The notes under the pieces are model-generated. The model did no database searches. It worked only from the letters and a program-made list of their open reading frames with translations, and was not told the DNA's origin. Position numbers and translations under genes: made by a program. A stretch of DNA of 64,000 nt. Origin: an uncultured Gemmatimonadales bacterium. Lineage in GTDB: Bacteria > Gemmatimonadota > Gemmatimonadetes > Gemmatimonadales > GWC2-71-9. The DNA is taken from positions 155,909-219,908 of the forward strand of contig CAWGDK010000008.1 of assembly GCA_963821385.1 (NCBI GenBank), given 5' to 3'. Shown piece by piece: positions 33,501-44,530 of this stretch. Positions within the stretch are counted from its first letter, which is position 1; every line of letters starts with the position of its first letter.

Positions 33501-34577
33501 GAGCAAGGCACCGGCCGAAGCGCTGAAGTCGCGCAGCAACGGGCGGTAGAACGTCGCCGGAGAAAACAACGCCGGCGGCGGCACGGCGGGCCCGAAGAAC
33601 GCGCGGGCGGCCGCCCAGGTCGCCACGACGGCCACGAGCCAGCGCCACCGCCCCGGCGGCGCCGCGCACAACAGCAGCACCACCGCCACGGCGAGGGCGA
33701 GGCCGGAGCCGCGCGCGACCCGCGCCAACACAACGAGCTTGGCGTCACCCTGCGAGGGGGGACGCGGACGCACCGTGAACAACACGGGGCTCGCATCGCA
33801 ACTGGCGGCGCAAAATTCGAATTCGTCCGAGTCGTGCGGCGCGAGGCCCGGCGCGGCGAAGCGCAGCTCCACGCCATGCGAGTGACCGTACACCACGGAC
33901 AGCGCGCCGGCGCGATCGGCGACCGCGGGCGCGGCATCGAGCAGCACGGAGCCGATCGCTATGCGACCCGTCGGCGCCTGGCGCCGGGCCTCGAGCGTGA
34001 CGTAGAATGGAGTAATGACCGCGCGCAGTTCCGCCGTATCGATCACCGGGATCGCCCGATGCCGGCCCGCCCAGGCGACCGGCGCGCCGTTCGCCTCGAG
34101 CACGACGACGCCGTGCTCCGGCTCCGGACGCGTGGTCGTCACGGCGACGGCGAGATGGTCGAACGCCGCGCCCGCCGGCAGCAGCCCTGCGGTCGCGCCC
34201 CGCTCGGCGAGACGCCGCGCCAGCGCGACGGCATCGCGCAACGTCGCCTCGAGCGAGTTCTTCGCTCCCGTGACACGCGCCTCGCGCAGCGTCGCCCAAC
34301 AACACTCCACCCGCCGCACGTCGCCCACTCCGATGACGAGCACGATGCCGAGCACCAGGCTCGCAAATCCGGCGAGCAGGGTGATCGGACGCCAGGGCCG
34401 CCAGGCGAGGGCCGTCACGACCGCCACGAGCCCGGCGCCGCCGGCGAGCCACGCCCAGCCGGCCCCGAGCCCGTGCAGCCACTCGACGGCCGCCAGCGTC
34501 GCGAGGACGCCCGCGATTACTGGATGAGCACGCCGCTGCAGCTGAAGCTCCTGGTTCCGGAGGACATCCGCGTGCAC
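30507..34577 (-). CDS. Multi-TM sensor histidine kinase, NtrY-like (HAMP-PAS-HisKA-HATPase)
   Basis: AWGEMARQVAHEIKNPLTPI H-box; NLVENA; DDGSGV; FEPAFST; GSGLGLAI; start uncertain. Confidence 0.9.
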   Translation of the reverse strand: MHADVLRNQELQLQRRAHPVIAGVLATLAAVEWLHGLGAGWAWLAGGAGLVAVVTALAWRPWRPITLLAGFASLVLGIVLVIGVGDVRRVECCWATLREARVTGAKNSLEATLRDAVALARRLAERGATAGLLPAGAAFDHLAVAVTTTRPEPEHGVVVLEANGAPVAWAGRHRAIPVIDTAELRAVITPFYVTLEARRQAPTGRIAIGSVLLDAAPAVADRAGALSVVYGHSHGVELRFAAPGLAPHDSDEFEFCAASCDASPVLFTVRPRPPSQGDAKLVVLARVARGSGLALAVAVVLLLCAAPPGRWRWLVAVVATWAAARAFFGPAVPPPALFSPATFYRPLLRDFSASAGALLAIVVLGLLAAAALWRRGPRRRWWSFLMAGVLLVYAPYLVRYLGRGIAPPASGVSFGLWLSWEAALAAASMMLVLLAAALVRGREEPDRVPWTIAASCIWAGLAGAVGLWLWQPSGAWPEWYTFLWLPALAGAIVPAPRRWALLAIAVVAGSAAGLVTWGAALEGRLQLAVRDAQRLGSDPDPLAVAELERLGRDVQTGPPLRTAADLYVLWRNSPLASLDYPTVLLAWDSTGRATAELRLAALDLPTPLLAALASDTALTAPRVERLDRIPGTLYVLTAPLPGHAVLSVGVGPRSRLVPASRVARFLRGERAAEPPYEISLSLPTPAPEPIVVQWRRTGWTARGDRRVELPGGVRHVHLHVDLRGPWAALVRGVLVVLVDVALLAAAWALSRLVAGGWTPRLPSLRKALASYRGRLALALAAFFIVPVLAFALSSFARLGDTARASGDLLIRQTLRDASASAGETTPGGVDALAAMVSDLGRRLDADLWAYRGGELAGTSPSVLGELALVDPLLEPTVERRLTYEDEQELTVDDRTAGRPIRVGYRVVEAGAPHDEVILAAPQLLDDEAVRRQQEDLGLVLILATVIGLIAAGTLAGVVARTLAQPVAVLRDAALAVGQGAAPPPFPADVPSEFAPVLTAFERMVRDVRRSQAALEESRQRTAQVLANVATGVVAVDDGLRVTIANPRAEELLGADLDPGDVVSSATDPAWTPVWEAVRTFLGTPATDIVERDFVIAGRDIRVQLAPLGEGSSRDGCVVALDDTTALARASRVLAWGEMARQVAHEIKNPLTPIRLGIQHLERVYGAGARADFDRTLRETAQRILAEIDRLDTIARAFSRFGAPTEGQPPLEAVDLHAMARDVVQLYALGDEPGGARVVLTGAAGLAAHARRDEVKEVLVNLVENARIAGARAVRVGVDQEGLRLTVTDDGSGVPPEAQERVFEPAFSTRSSGSGLGLAIARRLVESWGGTITLTSALGSGTTVQMVLRGAPKAGAA

Positions 34578-35240
34578 CTGGCGCGGGATCCGCGCCTGCT
34601 CATTCCAGTCGGCACCTGCGAGCAGCACGGGCCCCACCTTCCATTAGGATGCGACACCATCATCGTCGAGCGTCTGGCCGACGATCTGTCGGCCGAGTTC
34701 CGCGTGCTGCGGGCGCCCACAGTCGAGTATGGCGTCAACACGGCGACCCGGCGCCCGTTCCCGGGGAATGCGTCAGTGCGGCGCAAGACGCTGCACCGCT
34801 GGATGAACGACCTGCTCGGATCATGGGAAGAAGCGGGCGTGGAACAGTTCATTATCCTCACGGCCCACGGACACGATCCGCACCAGGAAGCGTTGTGCAC
34901 GCTGCGCACGACTCGAGCCCAGGTATTCACGGTCGACGTGTTCGCCCTCGAAGTGGAAGATCTGCTGCTCGACCCGGACTCGCCCACGCACGGCGGCGAA
35001 TTCGATACGTCACTGCTCCTCTACCTGGCGCCGGAGCTGGTCCGAATGGACCAGGCCCGGGACTTCCTGCCGCCGGCGCCCACGGGCCGGCACTTCCGCG
35101 GCCTCACCGGTCCGCTGCCCGCGCTCTCCCCCGGCTCGATGGGCCGGCCCACGCTCGCCACCGCCGAGAAGGGCGAGCGCCTCTATAAGATGATCCGGGA
35201 GCGCGTAGCCACGCGAGTTCTGGCGCCCGCCACCACGTGA
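34524..35240 (+). CDS. Creatininase / creatinine amidohydrolase family protein
   Basis: IPVGTCEQHGPHLPLGCD, TAHGHD, HGGEFDTS, ATAEKGE. Confidence 0.9.
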   Translation: MSTPLQLKLLVPEDIRVHLARDPRLLIPVGTCEQHGPHLPLGCDTIIVERLADDLSAEFRVLRAPTVEYGVNTATRRPFPGNASVRRKTLHRWMNDLLGSWEEAGVEQFIILTAHGHDPHQEALCTLRTTRAQVFTVDVFALEVEDLLLDPDSPTHGGEFDTSLLLYLAPELVRMDQARDFLPPAPTGRHFRGLTGPLPALSPGSMGRPTLATAEKGERLYKMIRERVATRVLAPATT

Positions 35241-35908
35241 GCGTCCCGCTCCTCGCGGCGCTGCTCCTCACCCAGGGCGCCGGCATCCCGCTGGACGAGG
35301 CGACGCTGGTGGTCCGCGTGGACACCCAGGAGGTGGCGCGGGAGACGTTCCAGCTGTTGAGCCGGCGGGAGACCGACAGCACGAGCGGGTGGGTGCTCGC
35401 CTCGCGCATCCGCTGGGCGGGAACGCCTCCCATCACCTTTTCGCCGGCCCTCGTGATCACCCCCGATACCGCCCCCGAATCGCTGCAATACACGGTGGCC
35501 GCCAATGGCGCCTCGCAGCGGATCACCGGTCAGCCCGGACCGGGGCGCTACACATTACGCTACGTCGCTCCGGGCGTAGAACGGGCACGCGAGGTGGCCC
35601 AGACGAATCCCATGGTCGTCGTGGACGACTCGGTGTTCGCACTGTACCTCGTCGCCGGTTGGCGGGCGCCGTCCATGCCGAGAGTCGTCACAGCGATCTA
35701 CCCGCGCACGGCGCGGCGTTTGAGCCTGACGATCACCGATCTGGGCACCGAGGTGACGACCTTGAACCGAGACCCGGCAACCTTGCGGCACGTCCTGATC
35801 TCCGGCGGAGATGACGGCCCAGTCCACGTCTGGCTCTCGCCCGAAGGGCACCTGATGAAAGTCGAAGTGCCGTCGCGACGCTTGCGCGCCGAGCGGTTGC
35901 CGGGCTAA
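35237..35908 (+). CDS. Hypothetical secreted protein
   Basis: 223-aa ORF with signal-like N-terminus and GTGA overlap. Confidence 0.65.
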   Translation: MSVPLLAALLLTQGAGIPLDEATLVVRVDTQEVARETFQLLSRRETDSTSGWVLASRIRWAGTPPITFSPALVITPDTAPESLQYTVAANGASQRITGQPGPGRYTLRYVAPGVERAREVAQTNPMVVVDDSVFALYLVAGWRAPSMPRVVTAIYPRTARRLSLTITDLGTEVTTLNRDPATLRHVLISGGDDGPVHVWLSPEGHLMKVEVPSRRLRAERLPG

Positions 35909-36054
35909 CCCCACCACTCCACACAAGTCTTTGTAGCCGCTAGCTTTCCCGCCTGCCGCGACGCGCGTCGCACCCCGAAACCTGACCCAGGCCCCACGCG
36001 TATGGGCCACGGCGTCGCGCTAAGCTTCCTCGAGCTCCGAATACAAGGGATCCC

Positions 36055-37540
36055 ATGAAACAGTCCACGCTCCTGATCGGCCTGCTGTGCATCACCGGAA
36101 CGCTCTCCGCCCAGCAGGCGGTGCCCGCTTCCCTCTCGCTCGCCGATGCCTTGACCATCGCGCGCGACCACAATCCGACCTATCGTCAGGCGCTGAACAA
36201 CCGCGCGCCCGCCGCCTGGGGCACGCGCAACGCGTTTGCGAGCCTCATCCTGCCGCAGGTCACCGCCCAGGGCAGCTTGGGCTATTCGGGGACCGGGTCG
36301 CAGCGCTTCCTGACGTCGAATTTCTCGCAAACGTACGCGACCGTGAGCTCAAGCTACTCGCTCGGACTCGACTGGACGCTGTCCGGCACGACGTTGTCAC
36401 AGCCCGGTCTGCGCAGAGCCGAGTTGACCGCCGCGGATGCCGATATCCACGGCGCGCGCGCCACGCTCGACGCCGCCGTGACGCAACAATACCTCACGGT
36501 CCTCCAGGCCCGCGACAACGTCGGCGTCGCCGAGCAGCTGGTGACGCGCGACGAGGAGTTCCTGCGGCTGGCCCAGGCCCGCTACACCGTCGGCCAGGCG
36601 ACCCTCATCGATGTGCGCCAGGCGCAGGTGGCACTGGGCCAGGCCAAGGTGTCGTTGCTGCGCGCCCAGACGACGCAACGCGTGGAAAAGCTGCGGATGT
36701 TCGAGCAGCTGGGCGTCAGCGCGCCGACCGCGGTGGATGCGGTCCAGCTGACCGACACGTTCGCGCTGTCCCAGCCGGCCTGGAAGCTCGAGGAGCGTCC
36801 TCACCATGGCGGAAGCGGAGAACCCTTCCCTGCAGGCATTGCGGGCGCGCGAGCGTTCGGCCGCCTGGGGCGTGCGGGCCGCGGCCTCGGGCTGGGGTCC
36901 CACGGTGTCGCTCTCGGCCGGGTGGTCGGGCTTCACGCAGGCGTACGCACACACCAACGACTTGAATTCCGTGATCGTCTCGAGCCAGCTCGCGTCGGGC
37001 GCCCAGTACAACGACTGCCAGGAGAACAACACGATCCGCACCTCGAGCGGTCTGGCGGCGCAGGATTGCAGCGGCTTTGTGTGGACGGCGCAGCAGGAGC
37101 AGATCATCCGGGACCAGAACAACGTGTTCCCGTTCAGCTTCATCGGCCAGCCGTTCCAGGCGCGGCTCACGGTCACGCTGCCGCTGTGGACCAATTTCGG
37201 GCAGCCGCAACAGGTCTCCATCGCCAAGGCGCAGCGTGAGAATCTCGAAGAAAGCGTGCGCGCCCGCGGTCTGGGATTGCAGACCGAAGTGAGCCAGTCC
37301 TACTACACGCTGCAGGCCGCCTACCAGGCGGTCGGCATCCAAGATACGAACCGCAACCTGGGGCGCGAGCAGGTGCAGCTCGCCACCGATCGCTACAAGG
37401 TGGGCTCCGGGACATTCTTCGAATTGCTGGACGCCCAGGTTGCCGCGCTCCGGGCGGAGACAGACTACATCGCCGCGGTCTACGACTACCATCGGGCCGT
37501 CGCCACTCTGGAAGCGTCGGTCGGCCGCAGCCTGCGTTAA
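36055..37540 (+). CDS. TolC family outer membrane protein (apparent frameshift near 36795)
   Basis: LSLADALTIARDHNP, RYTVGQATLIDVRQAQ, RYKVGSGTFFELLDAQ. Confidence 0.9.
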
Positions 37541-37560
37541 ACGGGAGAGGAAATCGAGAC

Positions 37561-38826
37561 ATGTCCAAAGGGAAGAAGGTCCTGATCGGAGTCGGCGGCG
37601 TGGTGCTCGTCGGTGCGCTGATCGTGATGAGCGCCAGTGCCAAGCGCGACCACGGCGCCGAGGTCCGGTTCGAGAAGATCGGCCGGCGCGATCTGGTCGC
37701 CGCGGTGACGGCGAGCGGCAAGGTGCAGCCCAAGATGAAGGTCGACGTCAGCCCCGACATCACCGGGCGCATCACGCGCATCGCGGTGCACGAGGGCGAC
37801 ATGGTGAAGAAAGGCCAGTTCCTGCTGCAGATCGATCCGACGATCTACGAAGCCAACTTGCAGCGGGCGGAGGCCGCGCTCGCCTCGACCCAGGCGACGC
37901 TGGTGCAGGCGCGGGCGAGCCGCGATCAGGCCGCGCATGCGCTGGAACGCGCCAAGCAGCTCAAGACCCAGAATCCGAACCTGATCTCCAACGAGCAGAT
38001 GGAACAGGCGCAGACCTCGTTCGATGTCGCGGAAGCGGTGGCCAACTCGTCGCAGCACCAGGTGGATCAGTCGCGCGCCGGGGTCCGGGAAGCGCGCGAT
38101 CAGCTCGCCAAGACCCGCATCGTGGCCCCGATGGACGGACGGGTGACCCGGCTCGCGGTGGAGGAAGGCGAGATGGCCGTCCCCGGGAATTTCTCCCGCG
38201 ACGTCGGCCTGCTGCTCACCGTGTCCGACCTGTCGGTGATCCAGACCAAGGTCAACGTGGACGAGACGGACGTGGTCCGCATTCACCTGGGTGATTCGGT
38301 GGAGGTGTCGATCGACGCCTTCCCCGATACGGTGTTCGTCGGGCCGCGTGACCAAGATCGCCAACAGCGCGCTCCTGACGCAGGCGGCGGCGGCGACCGG
38401 GTCGAACGACCGGGCGGTGGACTACGAAGTGGAGATCACGCTCGAGAATCCCCCGTCGGACGTGCGGCCCGATCTCTCGGCGACGGCGCGGATCGTCACC
38501 GACACGCGCAAACAGGCGCTGTCGATTCCGATCATCGCCCTGACGGTGCGCGAGAACACGCCGGTGACCCCCGAGAGCCGCCGCGACACCTCGCACGTCG
38601 GCAAGAAGAAGGAAACCGAAGGCGTGTTCGTGGTGGTGAACGGCAAGGCCGCGTTCCGTCCGGTGCGGGTCGGCATCGCCGGCGACGAGTACTTCGAAGT
38701 GCTGGACGGCCTGCGCGAAAACGAGCAGATCGTGGCCGGCCCCTACCAGGCGATCCGCGACTTGAAGGACGGCACGCCGGTGCGCGCCAGCCAGACGCCG
38801 GCCGATTCCGCCAAGCGGAGCCGGTC

Positions 38827-38830
<4 letters not shown>
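37561..38830 (+). CDS. MacA-like periplasmic adaptor (apparent frameshift near 38343)
   Basis: VTASGKVQP, IVAPMDGRV, VDETDV..I..G..V.V.IDAFP, RPDLSATARI. Confidence 0.9.
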
Positions 38831-39560
<730 letters not shown>

Positions 39561-39561
39561 A

Positions 39562-40800
39562 GTGCGGCCGTTCGAGGCGATCCGACTCGCCTTCCTTCAG
39601 CTGCGGGCCCAGAAGCTCAAGAGCGGTTTCGCCCTGATCGGCGTGTTCATCGGCGTCACGTTCCTCATCGGCGCCTGGTCGATCGTCAACGGCATCAATC
39701 GCTACATGGTCGACAAGTTCGCGGGCACGATCATCGGCGTGAACACGTTCCATCTGCGCCGCCGGCCGAACTTCACCCCCAACGTGGACGACTCCACCTG
39801 GCGGCAGTGGGCGCGCCGGCCGCGCATCACGTTCGGCGACGCCGAGGCGGTGGTCGAGGGGATCACGGTCCCGGTGCTCACCGCCTGGCAATCCTCGGAC
39901 AACGTCACTATCGAGGCGAACGGGAAGGAAGTCCGCGACGCCGAGGTGACCGGCGCCACCGAGCGCTATTTCGAAATCAAGAACCTCACGATCGAACAAG
40001 GCCGGGCGTTCTCCGCCCAGGAAGCGCGCCGCGGCGTCCCGGTGGTCGTGATCGGATCCGAAGTGGCCGACAAGCTCTTCGCCGGCCGCGATCCGCTCGG
40101 CAAGACGCTGCGCATCAAAGGGGAGCCGTACCGCGTGGTGGGCGTCGTCGCGAAACAGGGGAAACTGTTCGGCTTCTCGCTCGACCGCTTTGCCGTGGCC
40201 CCCGCCCGATCGCCGGTACAGGACCAGGTGAACCCGCCGGGCGTGGTGGACGCCCTGATCGTGAAGGCCAACACGGTCGAAGAGATGCGCGCGGCGATGG
40301 ATCAGGCGGAGGGGATCATGCGCAGCCGGCGCCACCTCCGTCCCGCGCAGTCCGACAACTTCGTGCTCGAGACCTCCGAGGGCGTGCTCAGCTTCTGGGC
40401 CGGGATCCAGCGCATCCTGTTCGTGATCGGGCCCGGCCTCGTGCTGGTGTCGCTCGTCGTGGGCGGCATCGTCATCATGAACATCATGCTGATGGCCGTG
40501 GCCGAGCGGACGCGCGAGATCGGCATCCGAAAATCGCTGGGCGCTCGTCGCACCGATATCCTGCGCCAGTTCCTGGCGGAGTCGGCCATGATTGCGACGC
40601 TCGGCGGGACGCTCGGCATCGCGACGGGCATCATGCTCTCGATCCTGCTCAACATCATCACGCCGCTGCCCGCCACAGTCTCGCCGCTGTCGATTCTGCT
40701 CGGCGTGCTGCTGGGGGGCGGCGTCGGGGTGGTGGCCGGCGTGTACCCCGCGAGCCGAGCGGCCCGGCTCGATCCCATCGCCGCGCTGCGGCAGGAGTAG
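39562..40800 (+). CDS. MacB/FtsX-type ABC permease 1 (type A)
   Basis: [28 protein letters not shown]; ends [10 protein letters not shown]. Confidence 0.93.
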   Translation: MRPFEAIRLAFLQLRAQKLKSGFALIGVFIGVTFLIGAWSIVNGINRYMVDKFAGTIIGVNTFHLRRRPNFTPNVDDSTWRQWARRPRITFGDAEAVVEGITVPVLTAWQSSDNVTIEANGKEVRDAEVTGATERYFEIKNLTIEQGRAFSAQEARRGVPVVVIGSEVADKLFAGRDPLGKTLRIKGEPYRVVGVVAKQGKLFGFSLDRFAVAPARSPVQDQVNPPGVVDALIVKANTVEEMRAAMDQAEGIMRSRRHLRPAQSDNFVLETSEGVLSFWAGIQRILFVIGPGLVLVSLVVGGIVIMNIMLMAVAERTREIGIRKSLGARRTDILRQFLAESAMIATLGGTLGIATGIMLSILLNIITPLPATVSPLSILLGVLLGGGVGVVAGVYPASRAARLDPIAALRQE

Positions 40801-40803
40801 GCG

Positions 40804-42034
40804 ATGACGCCGCTGCTCGAGAGCGCCGGTATCGCCCTCGCTTCGCTGCGCGCCCACAAAGCGCGAGCGGCGCTCACCATCCTCGGGGTGGCGATCGGCG
40901 TGATGGTGGTCATGGTCATCGGCGCGTTGATCAGCGGATTCGACAAGGGACTCACCGACATGCTCGAGTCCCTGGGTCCGAAAACGTTCTATGTGGGGCG
41001 GTTCTGGGGCGGCGCCGACTCCGAAGATCCGGATGATCCCAACCCGTGGCGGCGGCGGCCCCCGATCAAGGTCGCGGAGGCCGACCGGCTGGAGCAGCTG
41101 CCCACGCGTCAGCTTCGTCGTGTTGGACGAGAATGCCGCGGCCGACGTCGACTTCGAGGGCAAGCGACTCTCCTCCGTGTCGATTCAAGGACGCGACGCC
41201 GACTGGCCCAAGGTGGCGGGCGGCGACGTGTATCCGGGCCGCTCGTTCACGCACATCGAGGACAAGTCCAACAGCCCGGTGGTGGTGGTCAACGACAAAC
41301 TGGCGGAGCAGTTGTTCGGTCGGCGCGATCCCATCGGCCACCGCGTGAAGATCGCCGGCATGCCCTACGAGGTGATCGGCGTATACAACCCGCCCACCGG
41401 ACTGTTCGGCGAGGGCGACCAGCCGGAGGCGTTGATCCCGTACGGCACGCTGGTGAAGTACGTCCCCTATTTCCAGGGGTGGATGGACTTGTTCGTGACG
41501 CCCGCCGACAGCGTGACCGTGGCGCGGGCCATCGACGACGTGACGGTCACGCTGCGCGCGATGCGCGGGCTGCGCCCCAGCGAGCCGAACAACTTCGACG
41601 TGGTGACCCAGGAGAAGTACCTCGAGGTGTTCAACAGCTCCACGATGATGATTCGGGTGCTGATGATCGTGCTGTCGATGGTGGGCCTCATGGTGGGCGG
41701 CATCGGGGTGGTCGCCATCATGATGATCTCGGTTACGGAGCGGACCCGCGAGATCGGCGTCCGCAAGGCGCTGGGCGCCACCCGGCGCGAAATCATGTTC
41801 CAATTCCTGGTCGAGGCCGCGACGCTGACCCTGGTCGGCGGCGTGGTCGGCATGCTGCTGGGCGGGCTCGTCGCCTTCGCCGTCGCCGCCGCGACGCCGC
41901 TGCCCGCCCACGTGCCGCTCGAGTCGGTGGTGGTGGCGTTGTTCGCCGCGGCCGCCACTGGGGTGCTGTTCGGCATCTACCCGGCCAGCAAGGCGGCACG
42001 GCTCGATCCGGTCGAAGCGCTGCGATACGAGTAA
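40804..42034 (+). CDS. MacB/FtsX-type ABC permease 2 (type B; apparent frameshift near 41105)
   Basis: LTILGVAIGV; GGIGVVAIMMISVTERTREIGVRKALGA; ends LDPVEALRYE. Confidence 0.9.
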
Positions 42035-42043
42035 GTTGTCCTC

Positions 42044-43282
42044 ATGAACGTGCTCGAGGCGATCCGCCTCGCGTTCCTCCAGATCCGGGCCCAGAAACTC
42101 AAGAGCGGCTTCGCGCTGATCGGCGTGTTTATCGGCGTGGCGTTCCTGATCGGCGCCTGGTCGATCGTGAACGGCATGAACACCTACATGACCGAGAAGT
42201 TCGCGGGCACGCTGGTGGGCATCAACACGTTTCACCTGCGCCGCGCCCCGAACGTGAACTTCAACCTCGACGACTCCACGTGGCGCGCCTGGCGGCGGCG
42301 CCCGCGCATCAAGTTCGCCGATGCGGAAGCGGTGGCGGCGGGCCTCACGGTCCCCGCGATCACAGCGTGGTATTCTGAGGACCGGGGCGACGTGGAGTTC
42401 AACGGCAAGGTCGCCAAGGACATCACGCTCGAAGGCGCCACCGAACGCTACTTCGACATCATGAACCTCAAGGTCGAAAGCGGCCGCCCGTTCAGCGCCC
42501 AGGAATCGAAGGCCGGCGCGGGCGTCGTCGTGCTGGGCCATGATCTGGCCGACAAGCTGTTCGGCAGCACCAACCCGATCGGTCAAACGGTGCGCATTCA
42601 CAGCTTCCCCTACCGCGTGATCGGCGTGGTGGAGCGCCAGGGCAACCTGCTCGGCATTTCGCTCGACAAGTTCGTGGTCGCCCCCGCCCTGTCCCCGATT
42701 CAGCGCGAGGTGAATCCGCCCGGCGTGGTCGACGCCCTGATCGTGAAGGCCAACTCTCCGGCCGAGATGCAGCAGGGCATGGAGGACGCCGAGGCAACCA
42801 TGCGCAGCCGCCGCCATCTGCGGCCGCGCCAGGAGAACAACTTCGCGATGATGACGTCGGAAGGCGTGCTCGACTTCTGGAACAAGCTGAGCCGCATCCT
42901 GTACGCCGTGGGCCCCGGGCTCGTGGGCGTGGCGCTGGTGGTCGGCGGCATCGTGATCATGAACATCATGCTGATGGCGGTGGCCGAGCGGACGCGCGAG
43001 ATCGGCATCCGGAAATCGCTGGGAGCGCGCCGGCGCGACATCCTGCGACAGTTCCTGGCGGAATCGGTGACGATTGCGACGATCGGCGCGGCGTTCGGGA
43101 TCGCCGCCGGCGTCTGCCTCTCGATTCTCCTCAACGCAGTCACGCCGCTCCCGGCCACCGTGTCCCCCATGTCAATCGTGCTGGGGGTCGTGCTGGGCGG
43201 CGGCGTCGGCGTGCTCGCCGGCGTGTATCCGGCGAGCCGGGCCTCCCGGCTCGATCCCATCGTGGCGCTGCGCCAGGAGTAA
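42044..43282 (+). CDS. MacB/FtsX-type ABC permease 3 (type A)
   Basis: Close paralog of permease 1; ends LDPIVALRQE. Confidence 0.93.
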   Translation: MNVLEAIRLAFLQIRAQKLKSGFALIGVFIGVAFLIGAWSIVNGMNTYMTEKFAGTLVGINTFHLRRAPNVNFNLDDSTWRAWRRRPRIKFADAEAVAAGLTVPAITAWYSEDRGDVEFNGKVAKDITLEGATERYFDIMNLKVESGRPFSAQESKAGAGVVVLGHDLADKLFGSTNPIGQTVRIHSFPYRVIGVVERQGNLLGISLDKFVVAPALSPIQREVNPPGVVDALIVKANSPAEMQQGMEDAEATMRSRRHLRPRQENNFAMMTSEGVLDFWNKLSRILYAVGPGLVGVALVVGGIVIMNIMLMAVAERTREIGIRKSLGARRRDILRQFLAESVTIATIGAAFGIAAGVCLSILLNAVTPLPATVSPMSIVLGVVLGGGVGVLAGVYPASRASRLDPIVALRQE

Positions 43283-43285
43283 TCC

Positions 43286-44521
43286 ATGACCCCCATGCTC
43301 GAAGGCGCCGGCATCGCCCTGTCGTCGCTGCGCGCGCACAAAGCGCGGGCGGCGCTCACGATCCTGGGTGTGGCGATCGGCGTGATGGTCGTGATGGTGA
43401 TCGGCGCCGTGATCAGCGGCTTCAACAAGGGCATCGCCGACATCCTCGAGGAATCGGGACCCAAGACGTTCTGGGTCGGCCGCTTCTTTCAGGGCGGGGT
43501 CAATGTGTCCGACGGCTCCGACGAGATGAGCCCGTGGCGTCGCAACCCGCCGATGTCGCTGGCCGATGCGCGCGCCATTGCGAGCGTCCCCGAGGTGGCC
43601 TGGGTGTCCCTGGACGAAGGGGGTCAGGCCGACATCACGTTCGGCGCCAAGGCCCAGCGCAACGTCAGCATCCGCGGCCGCAGCGCCGCGTGGCCCAACG
43701 TGGCGGGTGGTGACGTGTCGCCGGGGCGCTCCTTCACCCAGGTGGAAGAAGAAGGCGCCGCCACCGTCGTGGTCATCAACCAGAAACTGGCCGAGCTGCT
43801 GTTCGATCAGCTCGACCCGATCGGCCGCCGCGTGCACATCCAGGGGATGCCCTACACCGTGATCGGCGTGTTCAATCCGCCGCCGCAGCTGTTCGGCGGA
43901 CAACCATCCCCGGAAGCGGTCATCCCGCACGGCGCGCTGGCGAAGTACATCGACTACTGGCGCGGCTGGATGGACCTGCTCGTGGGCCCGACCGACGGCG
44001 CCACGACGGCACAGGCGATGGAAGCGGTCACTGAAGTGCTGCGGCTGCGCCGCGGCCTGCGGCCGGGCCAGGAGAACAACTTCGCGGTCGTGAGCCAGGA
44101 GAAATTCCTGGAGAGCCTCAACAGCACCACGCTCATGATCCGGATCGTGATGTTCGCGCTGTCCGGCGTCGGCCTCATGGTGGGCGGCATCGGCGTGGTG
44201 GCGATCATGATGATCTCGGTCACCGAGCGCACGCGCGAGATCGGGGTGCGCAAGGCGCTGGGCGCCACGCGGCGCGCGATCCTGTGGCAGTTCCTGGTCG
44301 AGGCCGCCACGCTGACGCTGGTGGGCGGCGTGGTCGGCATGGTCCTGGGCGGCCTCGTGGCGCTGCTGCTCGCCCTGCTGACACCGATCCCGGCCCACGT
44401 GCCGCTGGGCTCGATCGTCGCCGCGTTGATCGTGGCCGCGCTCACCGGGGTCGTGTTCGGACTTTACCCCGCCGGTCGTGCCGCCCGGCTCGATCCGGTT
44501 GAAGCGCTGCGTTACGAGTAG
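43286..44521 (+). CDS. MacB/FtsX-type ABC permease 4 (type B)
   Basis: Paralog of permease 2; ends LDPVEALRYE. Confidence 0.93.
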   Translation: MTPMLEGAGIALSSLRAHKARAALTILGVAIGVMVVMVIGAVISGFNKGIADILEESGPKTFWVGRFFQGGVNVSDGSDEMSPWRRNPPMSLADARAIASVPEVAWVSLDEGGQADITFGAKAQRNVSIRGRSAAWPNVAGGDVSPGRSFTQVEEEGAATVVVINQKLAELLFDQLDPIGRRVHIQGMPYTVIGVFNPPPQLFGGQPSPEAVIPHGALAKYIDYWRGWMDLLVGPTDGATTAQAMEAVTEVLRLRRGLRPGQENNFAVVSQEKFLESLNSTTLMIRIVMFALSGVGLMVGGIGVVAIMMISVTERTREIGVRKALGATRRAILWQFLVEAATLTLVGGVVGMVLGGLVALLLALLTPIPAHVPLGSIVAALIVAALTGVVFGLYPAGRAARLDPVEALRYE

Positions 44522-44530
44522 CCCGCCTCC

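Noticed and set aside
39562..44521. Permease pairs 1-2 and 3-4 as an assembly duplication
   Set aside because: The copies differ by many synonymous and amino-acid changes, especially in the periplasmic domains, so they are real paralogs.
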